Virus record (IMG/VR): IMGVR_UViG_3300043410_001256
Location: 1 to 64,000 of that record
DNA: 64,000 nt
Reading direction: 5' to 3' (one strand)
From: a virus
Numbering within the stretch: position 1 is the first letter of the stretch; every line of letters starts with the position of its first letter. Under the pieces are notes generated by a model, which ran no database searches, was not told the DNA's origin, and saw nothing but the letters and a program-made list of their open reading frames with translations. The translations under genes and the position numbers were made by a program. Positions 20,802 to 30,336 of the stretch are shown one piece after another.

Positions 20802-20809
20802 TATTTATA
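20802..20809 (-). promoter_or_regulatory. Late promoter (TATAAATA)
   Basis: Exact T4 late consensus before the 1369-aa gene. Confidence 0.75.
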
Positions 20810-21176
20810 CACCGAACACAATTCCAATGGAATCTATGTAACTTTTTGGCATAATTGAATTGGCTGTTACAGAGTAAGTTCCTAGTGTTGGAGTGTTAAA
20901 AGTTGCTCCAGTAAAGGTACCTACACCAGTAAATGTTGCTGATCCAGTGAATGTCGAATTATTCAAATTAGCGCCGTTAATAGTCGGGCTTGTGAGTGTT
21001 TTGTTAGTTAGCGTTTGGGTGGCAGTTTCGCCAACCAAAGCCTGTCCGCCTGCCGATGAGCCGTCATGCACACGCAGTACTTTGAGCGTGGTGTCAACAG
21101 ACAACTCGCCCACGGCACCTGTAAAACTGTTATTTTGGGTCGTTGTCCCTCTTCGGAACTGTACTTGTGTTGGCAT
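20805..21176 (-). CDS. Small fibre protein with Mtd_N domain
   Basis: QVQFRRGTT..NNSFTGAVGELSVDTT...VHDGSSAGG. Its C-terminus ANSIMPKSYIDS...FGV matches that of 1956-2294. Confidence 0.8.
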   Translation of the reverse strand: MPTQVQFRRGTTTQNNSFTGAVGELSVDTTLKVLRVHDGSSAGGQALVGETATQTLTNKTLTSPTINGANLNNSTFTGSATFTGVGTFTGATFNTPTLGTYSVTANSIMPKSYIDSIGIVFGV

Positions 21177-21199
21177 TTTTTAACCGACTCCTGATTTTA

Positions 21200-21217
21200 T
21201 ATTTATGTATATTTATG
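21200..21217 (-). promoter_or_regulatory. Tandem late promoters (CATAAATA x2, 10-bp period)
   Basis: tatttatg at 21200 and 21210, before the Mtd_N gene. Confidence 0.65.
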
Positions 21218-21605
21218 TAAGCTCGCCCAGATCAGTGGTTTCCACACTACCGGACGGCTCCATGCAATCGTAAATGTCTACTGTGTCCCCTGTGCCCAAT
21301 GCACTTTCTGCTGTTTTCACACCAAATGCATCAAAGCTCGGGGTCACCGTAGTTAAATTTGTGTCATCAATTGTTGTTACTACACCGTCAACTGTGCGTT
21401 GGACCACGTTGTAGTCTGCAAATGGGAAATAAAGAGTATTTGAATTAGTAAAGCCGGACTGAGCGCCAGGTGCTGTAATTTGGTTGTCTGGACCAGATCC
21501 AGTATAGACAATATTTCCGCTGGTGCGGATGTCGCCGTTTGCGGCAAAAATTGTCAACGGGCCTACTACAAGCCCTGTGTCAACTACGAATTTACTGTTA
21601 GCCAT
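21213..21605 (-). CDS. Small virion/adaptor protein
   Basis: 130-aa ORF in the fibre cluster with an upstream late promoter. Ends ...DLGELT. Confidence 0.6.
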   Translation of the reverse strand: MANSKFVVDTGLVVGPLTIFAANGDIRTSGNIVYTGSGPDNQITAPGAQSGFTNSNTLYFPFADYNVVQRTVDGVVTTIDDTNLTTVTPSFDAFGVKTAESALGTGDTVDIYDCMEPSGSVETTDLGELT

Positions 21606-21623
21606 TTGTGTTCCTGTCCATCT

Positions 21624-21631
21624 TATTTATT
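21624..21631 (-). promoter_or_regulatory. Late promoter (AATAAATA)
   Basis: Intergenic, before 21605. Confidence 0.6.
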
Positions 21632-21639
21632 CTAAATGA

Positions 21640-24600
21640 TTAATAGGGTTGCCACGGCTGGTCATTGCTGATCATGTCGGCTCTAACTTTAACTCTGTTG
21701 CCTGTTGTGATGCCTTGATAATAGAGATTAACGTTGCCTGATGTGTATGCTGTGGTTATACTTCCCAATGGTGCGGCATTTGGGAAAGTACTGATCATGT
21801 TATATTGAGTTCTATATGCATAGGTGCCATTATGGATCACCATGATGTCACTGACTTCGTATGCGCCAATGTCATCATTTTCAACTTGTACAACATACTT
21901 TGCAGAACGATAACGGCCTGCATCAAATGTGTGAATAAGAACTGGGCTGGTATTTACTACAATCTGCGGTGTGCCGTTCCAACCTACTGTGCCATCGTGT
22001 TTGAACAGCACAGAGTTAGCTGATATTGAGCCGTTTGCACCAGTGATAAACACACCTTCGTCAATGGCCGCTAATGTAACCAGACCCTGTGTTGAGGTTA
22101 AACCTGCAGAAACTGACAGATTAAGTTCTCTGACAGAAATAACGTCACCCGGTGCTGGCGCTTCTGTGAATGTGATCTTGGTTCCAGTGATGCTGTAAGC
22201 AACAACTGGTTGTTGTAGTGTACCGTTAATAGCAATGAATGCGCCAGCAGTTGTACAGTTACCTGACAGGAAGAACTCAGTGGTTAATCCATCGCCAGTG
22301 AATGTTTCGGCAATAATAGTTGTGGTTGCGCCTGCTTGTGGTTGGAACCACTTACCGCCGTCATAGTATTCAAGGTCACCAGCAACAGTGTTGAAACGAA
22401 TCATACCAGCAACAGGTGTGCCGTAGCCGCTGTTACCAGGACGCTGTGCTTCTGTACCCTTAGGTATCAGCATTGCGTCAGTGCTGTTAATTTGTAGTTT
22501 TGCACCAGTTACCAAATTGGCACTAACTGCTGAATTACCAATTAATACCTGATTGTATAAACTTGATGTGCTGGCCCAAACCAATGTAGCATCGTTGCCA
22601 CCGCGAACATAAAAATCTCTATTGTGATTTTGTTCATCGTTGAAACGTGCGCCTTGGCTTACGTTTAGATTACCACCAATGGCTGTACCACCTTGTACAT
22701 AGAATGCACCGCTTGAAGTGGTTGTGCTGATTGTGCTGTTAGCAATGGCTACCTGACCGTAGAAGGTGCCTTTTTGGTTGTTGTCAATTCGCAAAGCCAG
22801 GCTGTGTGCGCTGTTATCGCGCTTGGTCCACAGTTGCATTTCGCCACCAATACCATTGATGGAATTGGTTGCACCGCTGACCACTGTTCTGATACCAGAT
22901 ATCTCTTTGAAGTCACCTGTGCCTGTGTAAGCATAAGCACCAAATGTACCTACTAGGTCGCCATCAACTGAATTGGTTGGACTGTGTGTTGATCCACGGC
23001 TGGTACTTACTGTCCAACCAGGAATCTGTCCCAGTGTGTTTGCTGATATAGCATTCTGTGGTAAGTATGCATCACCTTGGTAGTAGATGTTTAGTGTGTC
23101 TGTACCACCAAAGTCTCCATTGGTTCCAACATGCAAACCAACTGAGCTGAATGTATTTCCGGTTTGTCTCTGGAAGTTAAAATCCAAGTTGTCTTGATCA
23201 ACTGATAAGTTACCGCTTGGGCTAATGAACAATACTGAGTTTGCACTAAAGGCTTTCATTACCAAGTCTTGACCAATGTTGGCCGCAGTAAACGATGCTT
23301 GACGTGGTGTGATGTTACCAATGTAGATATTGTTCATATCACCTGGTAATACCGGTTGCAGTATCAAATTACCAGATGGAGAAATATTGCCGCTACCACT
23401 ACCACTGATGGTTAGTGTGTTGGTAATGATAACGTTTGTAAAGGTTGCCTGAACTGGTGTACTACCGCCAATGGTCATATTGTCGATAGTGCCAGTTGTT
23501 TCTGGATTAATTGTTACATAACCAGAACCAGTTGGAGCGAATGTAATAATTGCGCCACTGCCGCTGGCTGTTAAATTGTTGTCAATGACTGCATTGTTTG
23601 CAGTTAGTCTTCCTTCAATTCCAACACCACCAACCACTTGCAAAGCACCAGATGTCTGGCTTGTGCTTGGATTGGTATTGCTCAGTTTCATTTGTCCAAA
23701 CTGAACACTACCGTATGTGCCTGTAAATACGTTGGCTCCACTTTCAATAGCGTTTTGTAGGTAAACTAAATTGCCTGTAGAATTTTGCCATCCCAAGAAG
23801 TTGCTACGGTCAGCATTTGTATAGTAATGTAAACGAAGACCTCTGTCTTTTCCGTCATTGGTGGTAAGTCCGCCTGCATTGGCTGATAGTCCAAGCTCAA
23901 TGATAGGATCAACAACTGTTAAAAAGTTGCTGTTGATTGTACTGATGTTGCCAATAACGTTTAGGTTACCTGTGACTGTTAGGTTGCCGCCAATGCGTGT
24001 GTTTTTGTAAACACTCAAACCGCCATCAACAATTAATGCACCTGTACCAATTGAATCTGTTTCAACTGTGCTGGTGATTTCTGTTGAGCCTGTATCAGTA
24101 ATGTTAATACGTGAAGTACCAGCACCATCAGCAATAATAATTCTATTGCTCAATGAAGAAATGGTACTACCAGTGTTTGCACCAAGAATAACGTTGTACG
24201 CACCGGTGATTACATCTCGTCCAGCTGTGTATCCAAAAAATTGGTTGTTGTCTGCGGCAGTTACAAAACGACCTGCGTCCTGGCCAACCATTGTGGAGTT
24301 TTGTCCGGTAACTCCGCGGCCAGCCCAATGACCAATCAAGGTTGAATTGTCTGCAGGACGTTCGCGGCCAGCATTGTCGCCAACTATAGTTGATCGTATG
24401 CCTGTTCCGTTATTGCCAGCACGTACACCAATTACAACGCTGTTGCCAGATATGGCTTCTGTATAGGCTGCATATCCTGCGTATACTTTACCGCCTGCGG
24501 TGTCTGCATTACCACCCCAGACCAGTGTGTTGATACTAATACTATTGGCACCAATGTTTACATTGCCACGAATACCAACACCGCCATTGACAGTAAGAGC

Positions 24601-25947
24601 ACCAGTGGTTGGGCTTGTGCTATCGTTAGTAGCAACAATCCAAACATTACCTGTGTTGTCAATGTTGATGCGAGGATTGCCTTCGCCGTCAGCAATGATG
24701 CTGTAGTTGCTTAGAGTAGCAATCGTGTTGCCGTCGTGTGCGCCAATGATTAAATTTTTGCTTCCGGTGGTTACAAGGCTACCTGAGTTGTAACCAAAGA
24801 ACTGATTGTTGGTTCCTGATACAATATTACCAGATCCCTTACCAACCAGTGTTGAGTTTGCACCCGGCGCACCTGCACCTGCACCCATACCAACTACAGT
24901 TGTGTTTTCTCCAATGCTGGTGATACCTTGTGTTGCACCCAATGCAGTTACGTTTGCGGCAATGCCTGTCTTTAACTGATTCTTACCAATAACAACATCG
25001 TTGGTCTTGTTGCTTTGGATGTATACATTTTGGCTTTCAAAGCTGGCGCTGGTACCTGTGTTTAGGTTGCCGCCGATGCCAACACCACCTGAGCCACTGA
25101 CAATAATAGCACCAATATTTGCATTGGTACTGTTGATACCTGCTGTGCCAATTACTGCACCATTGCCCGCTTGTAAAATCAAACTAGGCTGATTGTTTGG
25201 CTGAATGTAGATGTCTTTGTTTGTGCCACCGTAGGTTTGGATACTTGCACCAAACACTCCTGTGGTCAATGTCAGCGCACCATTGTTGTTGGTGTCAGTG
25301 ATCATTAAACCAGGACGAGTGCTGTTCAACTGTGTGATTTGTAGAACAGCAGTATTACCTTGAATTGCCGCTACGCCAGTGTTGGAGCCAAATACTGATC
25401 CTACACCACCAACTTGTATGTTCTGTGTAAAACTTGCACCGCCTTTGACTTGCAATGCACCAGTGGCTGTGTCAACTGCTTCAACCACGCTTGGGTCTGT
25501 GGCAGTTGTTTTAATTGTTGTGTTACCAATGATCAAATTGGCATAGGCACTACGATTGATAGCACCTTGTGTTATTCCGGTTTCAGTTGTTAGTAAACCT
25601 TCAAAGCTGCCATCAGCTTCTCTCCAAACCCAAGCAGTATTCAAACTGCCATAATTGGTTGGGCTAAGTGGTTGTAGGTTTCTGTCAATTAAAATACCAA
25701 CATCGTAGCTGGGTGTGCCAACATATCCATTGTTAAAAATTACCAATGGGTCATTGACTAGTGTGTTTGTGCTGTTAATTGTGTTTGTATTGCCGGTGAC
25801 CGTGAGGTTACCAACAATCGCAATATTAGAATTGATTGTTACATCTGGGTTAAACAGTGAGCCTACGATTGTGCCTGGAGCGATTTTTACATTCGCAAAG
25901 ATCGTAGCATCAGTGATCTGGTTATTCTTAATCCGCGTTACGGCCAT
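21640..25947 (-). CDS. Long fibre protein (1435 aa) with YadA-head-like repeats
   Basis: STTTGAL.V.GG shaft repeats and two blocks of N..xG..AG repeats. The C-terminal P.G..AQRP/G.IRFNT, F.GDG/NG..Q.P and YRSAKY modules are shared with neighbouring genes. Confidence 0.75.
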   Translation of the reverse strand: MAVTRIKNNQITDATIFANVKIAPGTIVGSLFNPDVTINSNIAIVGNLTVTGNTNTINSTNTLVNDPLVIFNNGYVGTPSYDVGILIDRNLQPLSPTNYGSLNTAWVWREADGSFEGLLTTETGITQGAINRSAYANLIIGNTTIKTTATDPSVVEAVDTATGALQVKGGASFTQNIQVGGVGSVFGSNTGVAAIQGNTAVLQITQLNSTRPGLMITDTNNNGALTLTTGVFGASIQTYGGTNKDIYIQPNNQPSLILQAGNGAVIGTAGINSTNANIGAIIVSGSGGVGIGGNLNTGTSASFESQNVYIQSNKTNDVVIGKNQLKTGIAANVTALGATQGITSIGENTTVVGMGAGAGAPGANSTLVGKGSGNIVSGTNNQFFGYNSGSLVTTGSKNLIIGAHDGNTIATLSNYSIIADGEGNPRINIDNTGNVWIVATNDSTSPTTGALTVNGGVGIRGNVNIGANSISINTLVWGGNADTAGGKVYAGYAAYTEAISGNSVVIGVRAGNNGTGIRSTIVGDNAGRERPADNSTLIGHWAGRGVTGQNSTMVGQDAGRFVTAADNNQFFGYTAGRDVITGAYNVILGANTGSTISSLSNRIIIADGAGTSRINITDTGSTEITSTVETDSIGTGALIVDGGLSVYKNTRIGGNLTVTGNLNVIGNISTINSNFLTVVDPIIELGLSANAGGLTTNDGKDRGLRLHYYTNADRSNFLGWQNSTGNLVYLQNAIESGANVFTGTYGSVQFGQMKLSNTNPSTSQTSGALQVVGGVGIEGRLTANNAVIDNNLTASGSGAIITFAPTGSGYVTINPETTGTIDNMTIGGSTPVQATFTNVIITNTLTISGSGSGNISPSGNLILQPVLPGDMNNIYIGNITPRQASFTAANIGQDLVMKAFSANSVLFISPSGNLSVDQDNLDFNFQRQTGNTFSSVGLHVGTNGDFGGTDTLNIYYQGDAYLPQNAISANTLGQIPGWTVSTSRGSTHSPTNSVDGDLVGTFGAYAYTGTGDFKEISGIRTVVSGATNSINGIGGEMQLWTKRDNSAHSLALRIDNNQKGTFYGQVAIANSTISTTTSSGAFYVQGGTAIGGNLNVSQGARFNDEQNHNRDFYVRGGNDATLVWASTSSLYNQVLIGNSAVSANLVTGAKLQINSTDAMLIPKGTEAQRPGNSGYGTPVAGMIRFNTVAGDLEYYDGGKWFQPQAGATTTIIAETFTGDGLTTEFFLSGNCTTAGAFIAINGTLQQPVVAYSITGTKITFTEAPAPGDVISVRELNLSVSAGLTSTQGLVTLAAIDEGVFITGANGSISANSVLFKHDGTVGWNGTPQIVVNTSPVLIHTFDAGRYRSAKYVVQVENDDIGAYEVSDIMVIHNGTYAYRTQYNMISTFPNAAPLGSITTAYTSGNVNLYYQGITTGNRVKVRADMISNDQPWQPY

Positions 25948-25977
25948 TATTTAAGCTCCTAAGGCATTGGTTATAGC

Positions 25978-25985
25978 TATTTAGC
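25978..25985 (-). promoter_or_regulatory. Late promoter (GCTAAATA)
   Basis: Intergenic, before 25947, flanked by the inverted repeat CATTGG/CCAATG. Confidence 0.6.
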
Positions 25986-26023
25986 CAATGTTGGAGCCTT
26001 TTAATTTTGGGGGATTTAAGACG

Positions 26024-27937
26024 TTAAACTGTTGGATCTGTCAGGTAAATTGCGTGAAATTTAACCTGAACGTCGGCGTATGCGCCAAGTGCTTGAATGT
26101 TCAAAACACCATAGACATCTCTGAATGTGGACCAGGTGATCATGCTGGATCCAGTTTTACTAACAAACGTGCTGGAAAAGTACCCATCCAAATCGTCGTG
26201 TACCACGTGCAGATCACCTGTTTCGTAGTTGTTGCCTGTGATTGACTTTGCTACATAGGTATACTTGGCTGATCTGTAAGCATTCGTGTACCACGAATCT
26301 ATGGTAGTTGTGGCTAGTCCAACATTTGCATAGCTTCTATCAGCAACAATTGGGTTGGTTGCTTGTGCCACTGTTCCGTTAAAGAAACGTACTTCAATGA
26401 TATCAGTTGTGAGCGGCACTGTGCTGAAGGTGATTTGATCACCTGCCACGCTGTAGGTTGTACTAGGACGTTGAATAACACCGTTGAAGTTAACCAGTAC
26501 TGCTTCTGTTGTGCTGGGCTGTGTGAGTGTAAAAGTTGCGCTGGTACCGTTTGGTACAATGGTCTGACTGGTAACGGTGGAGTTTGCAGGATTTTCCCAC
26601 TGTGTTCCATCAAACCATTCAATGGTTCCTAGTTCTGTGTTGAAACGGAAATCGCCTTGTATTTCAAAACCTGCAGACGGACGTTGTGCATCGTTACCAA
26701 CTGGCAATCGCATGGCTGATGCTGTGTCAACTACCACACGATTATAATTGTAGGGTGTCAAATACAACGGACCAGCCACGGTGGAAATTGTTGTATCATT
26801 GATGCTTAGGTCTTGGAGTCTGATTAATCCATCTTCAATTCTAGCTTGTTCTGCACCTTGTACAACAAATATAATATTTGCAGTGAACAAGTTGTCGTCT
26901 TGAACTTGTACTTTGGTATCACCTTGGAATATAGAACTGGTTGATGCAGTAGAAACTGTAATCAATCCATCAACGTATGCTTTGGTTGCCGCATCGCTTG
27001 GTGCAGTTGGAGTTGCTACGTTTCGAATATTATTATCAGACGCTGAGATAACACCAGAACCATCTGGGTTCAAAATCAAATCTTCATTGGTGTTAGCAGT
27101 AGAAATCGTGTTGTTAAGAAACGTCAAGTCGCCCAAACGTGTAATACCATTGGCACGTAGGTTAGTACCATCAAAGGTTAGATAGTTTGTGCCTTTAAGG
27201 AATCTGTTGTCTGCCGCATCAAGGAACAGCACCTGATTGGTGTTTGGACCAGTAAGTCTGACATTACCAGTGGACACCATGTTATTGGCTTCACTATAGG
27301 TCAGTGCTGATGTGGTCTTGATCCAGTTATTGGCCGCCATGAATGTAATAGCAGTAGGAGTACTATTACGAATAATAACGTTGGCTGCATCCAGTGTTGT
27401 AAATGTCTGTGCTTGTAAAACAGTTAGGTTATCAACCACCAAACTGTTGTTTGCGTTGTAAAAACGCAGAGTAGGGTTGTCAATTAATATTCCGTTTGCA
27501 GTGGTAAACGGAATTAATGTGTCTCTGAGATTACTAACTGCGGCCGTGGTCAGTGTGGCTAGATTGTTTACAGTTAAGAAAGTAAAAGTAGCAGGACGAG
27601 GATTTATTCCTCCAATCACAGTGCCATCAACACGACCACTGATAACATTGGCGTTGATAACCGTTACGTTGGCAACACCATTTGCATTTAGTGTAAGATT
27701 CTGATTTAATCCTTGTGTGGTAACAAGTGCGCCAGCATCAAGTACAACGTTACCTATTGCGGCATTACCGTTGACGTTAAAGACAAATGGACCACCAGAG
27801 CCGGCACGTAAAGCCATGCGTATGTTAGTAAAATCTAAGTTTACTAACGGTGCCGCTCCACTTACAAAATTTAGATCAATGCCTTGGCGATCTAAGTTTT
27901 GTAACAGCATTGGTCCTTCAATTTGTCCAAAAGCCAT
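26024..27937 (-). CDS. Fibre/virion structural protein (637 aa)
   Basis: PTAPSDAATKAYVD fibre motif. The C-terminal modules are paralogous to those of the 1435-aa protein. Confidence 0.72.
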   Translation of the reverse strand: MAFGQIEGPMLLQNLDRQGIDLNFVSGAAPLVNLDFTNIRMALRAGSGGPFVFNVNGNAAIGNVVLDAGALVTTQGLNQNLTLNANGVANVTVINANVISGRVDGTVIGGINPRPATFTFLTVNNLATLTTAAVSNLRDTLIPFTTANGILIDNPTLRFYNANNSLVVDNLTVLQAQTFTTLDAANVIIRNSTPTAITFMAANNWIKTTSALTYSEANNMVSTGNVRLTGPNTNQVLFLDAADNRFLKGTNYLTFDGTNLRANGITRLGDLTFLNNTISTANTNEDLILNPDGSGVISASDNNIRNVATPTAPSDAATKAYVDGLITVSTASTSSIFQGDTKVQVQDDNLFTANIIFVVQGAEQARIEDGLIRLQDLSINDTTISTVAGPLYLTPYNYNRVVVDTASAMRLPVGNDAQRPSAGFEIQGDFRFNTELGTIEWFDGTQWENPANSTVTSQTIVPNGTSATFTLTQPSTTEAVLVNFNGVIQRPSTTYSVAGDQITFSTVPLTTDIIEVRFFNGTVAQATNPIVADRSYANVGLATTTIDSWYTNAYRSAKYTYVAKSITGNNYETGDLHVVHDDLDGYFSSTFVSKTGSSMITWSTFRDVYGVLNIQALGAYADVQVKFHAIYLTDPTV

Positions 27938-27962
27938 TTATATTTCCTTAGCCTCGGCCGAG

Positions 27963-28391
27963 TTATTGTGCCACTGTACTTGCGTATCCGTGTAGTACAA
28001 TAATTGTTTGCCCAAACGGTGGTGCAGATGTAAATGTTAGTATTGAACCACTTACGCCGTAAGCCACTGTGGGGTTTTGAAAAACGTTACCAACTACAAC
28101 AATCACTTTGTTGTTTTGCAAATTGTTTGCTTCAACAGCATAAGATTTGCTCATGGTAAATTGTGTTTGTAAACTGGTGCCAGTAAAAGTATCCTTGGTA
28201 ATAACCACTGGACCTTCTCTGGTTAAAGTGTTCCATTGATTTGAATAGTAGACTTCTACCAAGTTGTTGTCGGTATTAAATCTAAATTCACCATCAACAG
28301 GTGCATACGGACGCAGACTGGTTGAACCAGTTGGCATCACTGTGCCAAAACCGGCTGTGCGTAGTCTGTCGTTTTTAAGATGACGTCCCAT
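27963..28391 (-). CDS. Small virion structural protein
   Basis: PTGSTSLRP..GEFRFNTD and DTFTG...FQNP...LTFTSAPP modules shared with the two downstream fibre proteins. Confidence 0.7.
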   Translation of the reverse strand: MGRHLKNDRLRTAGFGTVMPTGSTSLRPYAPVDGEFRFNTDNNLVEVYYSNQWNTLTREGPVVITKDTFTGTSLQTQFTMSKSYAVEANNLQNNKVIVVVGNVFQNPTVAYGVSGSILTFTSAPPFGQTIIVLHGYASTVAQ

Positions 28392-28394
28392 GTG

Positions 28395-28724
28395 TTAGAT
28401 ACTCGTATAGCTAATTGTTGCAACAACTTTAAGTGCATAGGCACTTGAATCTGGATAAACATTTCCTCTAATGGTATCACCGTCACTCAGTAGTAATCTT
28501 TCATGCTCAAGAACATAAGTGTCTTGTGCGGCAACGGTTAGGTTACTGTAGATTACATTGTTACCATAGTCCACACCACCATTGGGTGTGATAAAAATAC
28601 TGCAAGTAATAGGCTCTGCAGATTTATTGCAGAGATACATTGTAGTCACAGCAATATTACCTGCTGCCGTATGGAGCACTGGAGGAGTTGATCCATTTCT
28701 GATTGTAGAGCTTATAATTGCCAT
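28395..28724 (-). CDS. Small beta-rich virion protein (109 aa)
   Basis: Tightly packed ORF in the structural cluster with an AGGA RBS. Confidence 0.6.
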   Translation of the reverse strand: MAIISSTIRNGSTPPVLHTAAGNIAVTTMYLCNKSAEPITCSIFITPNGGVDYGNNVIYSNLTVAAQDTYVLEHERLLLSDGDTIRGNVYPDSSAYALKVVATISYTSI

Positions 28725-28734
28725 GCTTTAATTC

Positions 28735-29397
28735 CTAAAATATGATTGAATATACAATCGCTTTCTTTTTACTAATCAATTCATCATTTGGCGAACTATT
28801 ATCACCAGTGGTTACATATACACCAGTGCCACCTGCGGCAACTGGACCACCATGAAGAATGTTATAGTTAACAACTGGAGCTGGAGCGGTTGTGTAAATT
28901 TTTAATGCCAGGTTACTATCTAATCTCAGACTATGACTAGATATACCTTCAGCTATAACAGACACATTGGTGTTACTGCTAATATAATTTGGACCAACAT
29001 TTAGATTTGCGCTGAGTTCTGGCGCAGGGTCTTCATTTAATTTTGTTAACCCAGTGCTGGTAGACAAAATGTTTGCTACTAGTCCTGTTGATGTTTTTAC
29101 CTGCCATTGCAGAGTGGGTTCGTTCCATAATAAGAATACGCTGGATGATGTTCCGCGATCAACTTCAATACCAGCTGGTAGCAATGGACTGCCTGACCAA
29201 CCTTTGTTTAGTGTGATAATATTGTCTGCAACATAGGTTTGTTGGACGTCTGCTTGTACAACATTGCCCAAAAAAGTATTGCCATACACTTGTAACCGTC
29301 CATTGATGATTACCACGTTTGAATCCAAAGTGATAGGATCATCGTGATTGATGGTGTTAATTGTATATGGTCCGCTGACGTTTTTAATAATACTCAT
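28735..29397 (-). CDS. Virion fibre/adaptor protein (220 aa)
   Basis: DNIITLN...AGIEVDRG...WNE motif related to the neighbouring fibres. Late promoter upstream. Confidence 0.65.
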   Translation of the reverse strand: MSIIKNVSGPYTINTINHDDPITLDSNVVIINGRLQVYGNTFLGNVVQADVQQTYVADNIITLNKGWSGSPLLPAGIEVDRGTSSSVFLLWNEPTLQWQVKTSTGLVANILSTSTGLTKLNEDPAPELSANLNVGPNYISSNTNVSVIAEGISSHSLRLDSNLALKIYTTAPAPVVNYNILHGGPVAAGGTGVYVTTGDNSSPNDELISKKKAIVYSIIF

Positions 29398-29419
29398 TAT
29401 ATGAACTCGCCGTTTGCTT

Positions 29420-29427
29420 TATTTATG
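29420..29427 (-). promoter_or_regulatory. Late promoter (CATAAATA)
   Basis: Between the terminator and 29397. Confidence 0.72.
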
Positions 29428-29443
29428 AGACGTATAGCCAAAC

Positions 29444-29471
29444 AAAAAGAGGGCATTTCTGCCCTCTTTTT
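29444..29471. terminator. Bidirectional intrinsic terminator
   Basis: AAAAAGAGGGCA-TTTC-TGCCCTCTTTTT, just downstream of the 240-aa gene. Confidence 0.85.
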
Positions 29472-29489
29472 AGTTACAAACTATCTAGA

Positions 29490-30212
29490 TTAGCTAGATT
29501 GTACTTGTACAGTGATGTCAGTTGCACTGACGTTGCCTGTACCGCTTACGCTGTCAAATGTCCACTTGTAGCTTTCACCTGTTGAGCTGTAAACCTTACG
29601 GTCAGTGATTTTGGAAATGTTAAATTGCGAACCATCTGAGAATGTAGCAATAACAGTCATTGTGCCTGCGCTGTATGGGTTCAAGTTAGGACTTGTAACC
29701 AATTTTACTGTTTCAGAATATGAAGCATTTCTGCAGATCCATGTTCTGCTACCACGTTGTTTCACCATGTCAGCATTCCAATCACCGTAACTTGCGCCAG
29801 TAAAGAATACGTTTGCACGAATAGCAGCCGCAGTTGTTCCAGATGTTAGTGTTGCTGTAGCACTTGCCGCTCCAGAGTTTGCACCAGTGAATGTGATTGC
29901 TGGGTTAGCAGTGGTATAGCCTGCACCAGCGTTGCCCAGTGTAAGTGCTTTAATAGCACCGTTAGCAAACAAATGAACTGTGCTAACTGTAGCAGTTGTT
30001 CCGCCTGCTAATAGAGGTGCGGCAATAGTTGCAACAACGTTTGCGCTGTAATAACCAGTACCACGTGTAATACTGTTTAGTGTAATGTTACCAGAAACAT
30101 CGGCTGCAATTGATTCTCCACCAATACTCGCGGTACCGCTTTGACCACCGTCACCACCTGTGGCACCGTATGTTCGTGGATTATAATATTTTTTCTTAAT
30201 TGGACGTCCCAT
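29490..30212 (-). CDS. Virion structural protein downstream of the capsid gene (possible head decoration/fibre)
   Basis: 240 aa, A/T/G-rich, with G.GY repeats. It has a strong AAGGAG RBS, its own late promoter and a terminator. Confidence 0.6.
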   Translation of the reverse strand: MGRPIKKKYYNPRTYGATGGDGGQSGTASIGGESIAADVSGNITLNSITRGTGYYSANVVATIAAPLLAGGTTATVSTVHLFANGAIKALTLGNAGAGYTTANPAITFTGANSGAASATATLTSGTTAAAIRANVFFTGASYGDWNADMVKQRGSRTWICRNASYSETVKLVTSPNLNPYSAGTMTVIATFSDGSQFNISKITDRKVYSSTGESYKWTFDSVSGTGNVSATDITVQVQSS

Positions 30213-30285
30213 TGTTTTCTCCTTGTGTTATGGCGTTCTAGGCCTACGCAGTGGGTCTGCATAAACTCTCCTTTCAGAGCGAACA
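30213..30285 (-). promoter_or_regulatory. Structured 5' leader (putative three-way junction)
   Basis: UGUUC/GAACG closes two hairpins: CUCU-GAAA-GGAG and UUUAUGCAG-ACCCA-CUGCGUAGG. It lies between the late promoter at 30289 and the RBS. Confidence 0.55.
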
Positions 30286-30288
30286 TTA

Positions 30289-30296
30289 TATTTACC
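30289..30296 (-). promoter_or_regulatory. Late promoter (GGTAAATA)
   Basis: Directly before the structured leader of 30212. Confidence 0.68.
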
Positions 30297-30303
30297 TAAT
30301 AGT

Positions 30304-30332
30304 TTGCTTTATATTGTTGTCTGCTATATAAT
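30304..30332 (+). promoter_or_regulatory. Sigma70-type promoter TTGCTT-N17-TATAAT
   Basis: Consensus -10 and 17-nt spacer. Same -35 as the promoters in front of gp55 and gp47. No plus-strand ORF follows. Confidence 0.8.
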
Positions 30333-30336
30333 AGCT

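Noticed and set aside
1956-21176. Diversity-generating retroelement suggested by the Mtd_N domains
   Set aside because: No reverse transcriptase, no C-type-lectin variable domain and no adenine-specific TR/VR pair were seen in this window.
2995-27995. Dozens of plus-strand ORFs (60-225 aa) antisense to the fibre genes
   Set aside because: They are shadow frames of G/T/N/V-rich repetitive coding sequence. They are P/V/L-rich, repeat with the fibre period and have no RBS or promoter support.
30077-30286. 69-aa minus-strand ORF as a leader peptide
   Set aside because: It overlaps the 240-aa gene out of frame, and its ATG is only 2 nt from the TAAATA box, probably upstream of the start site. 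The region is better explained as a structured leader.
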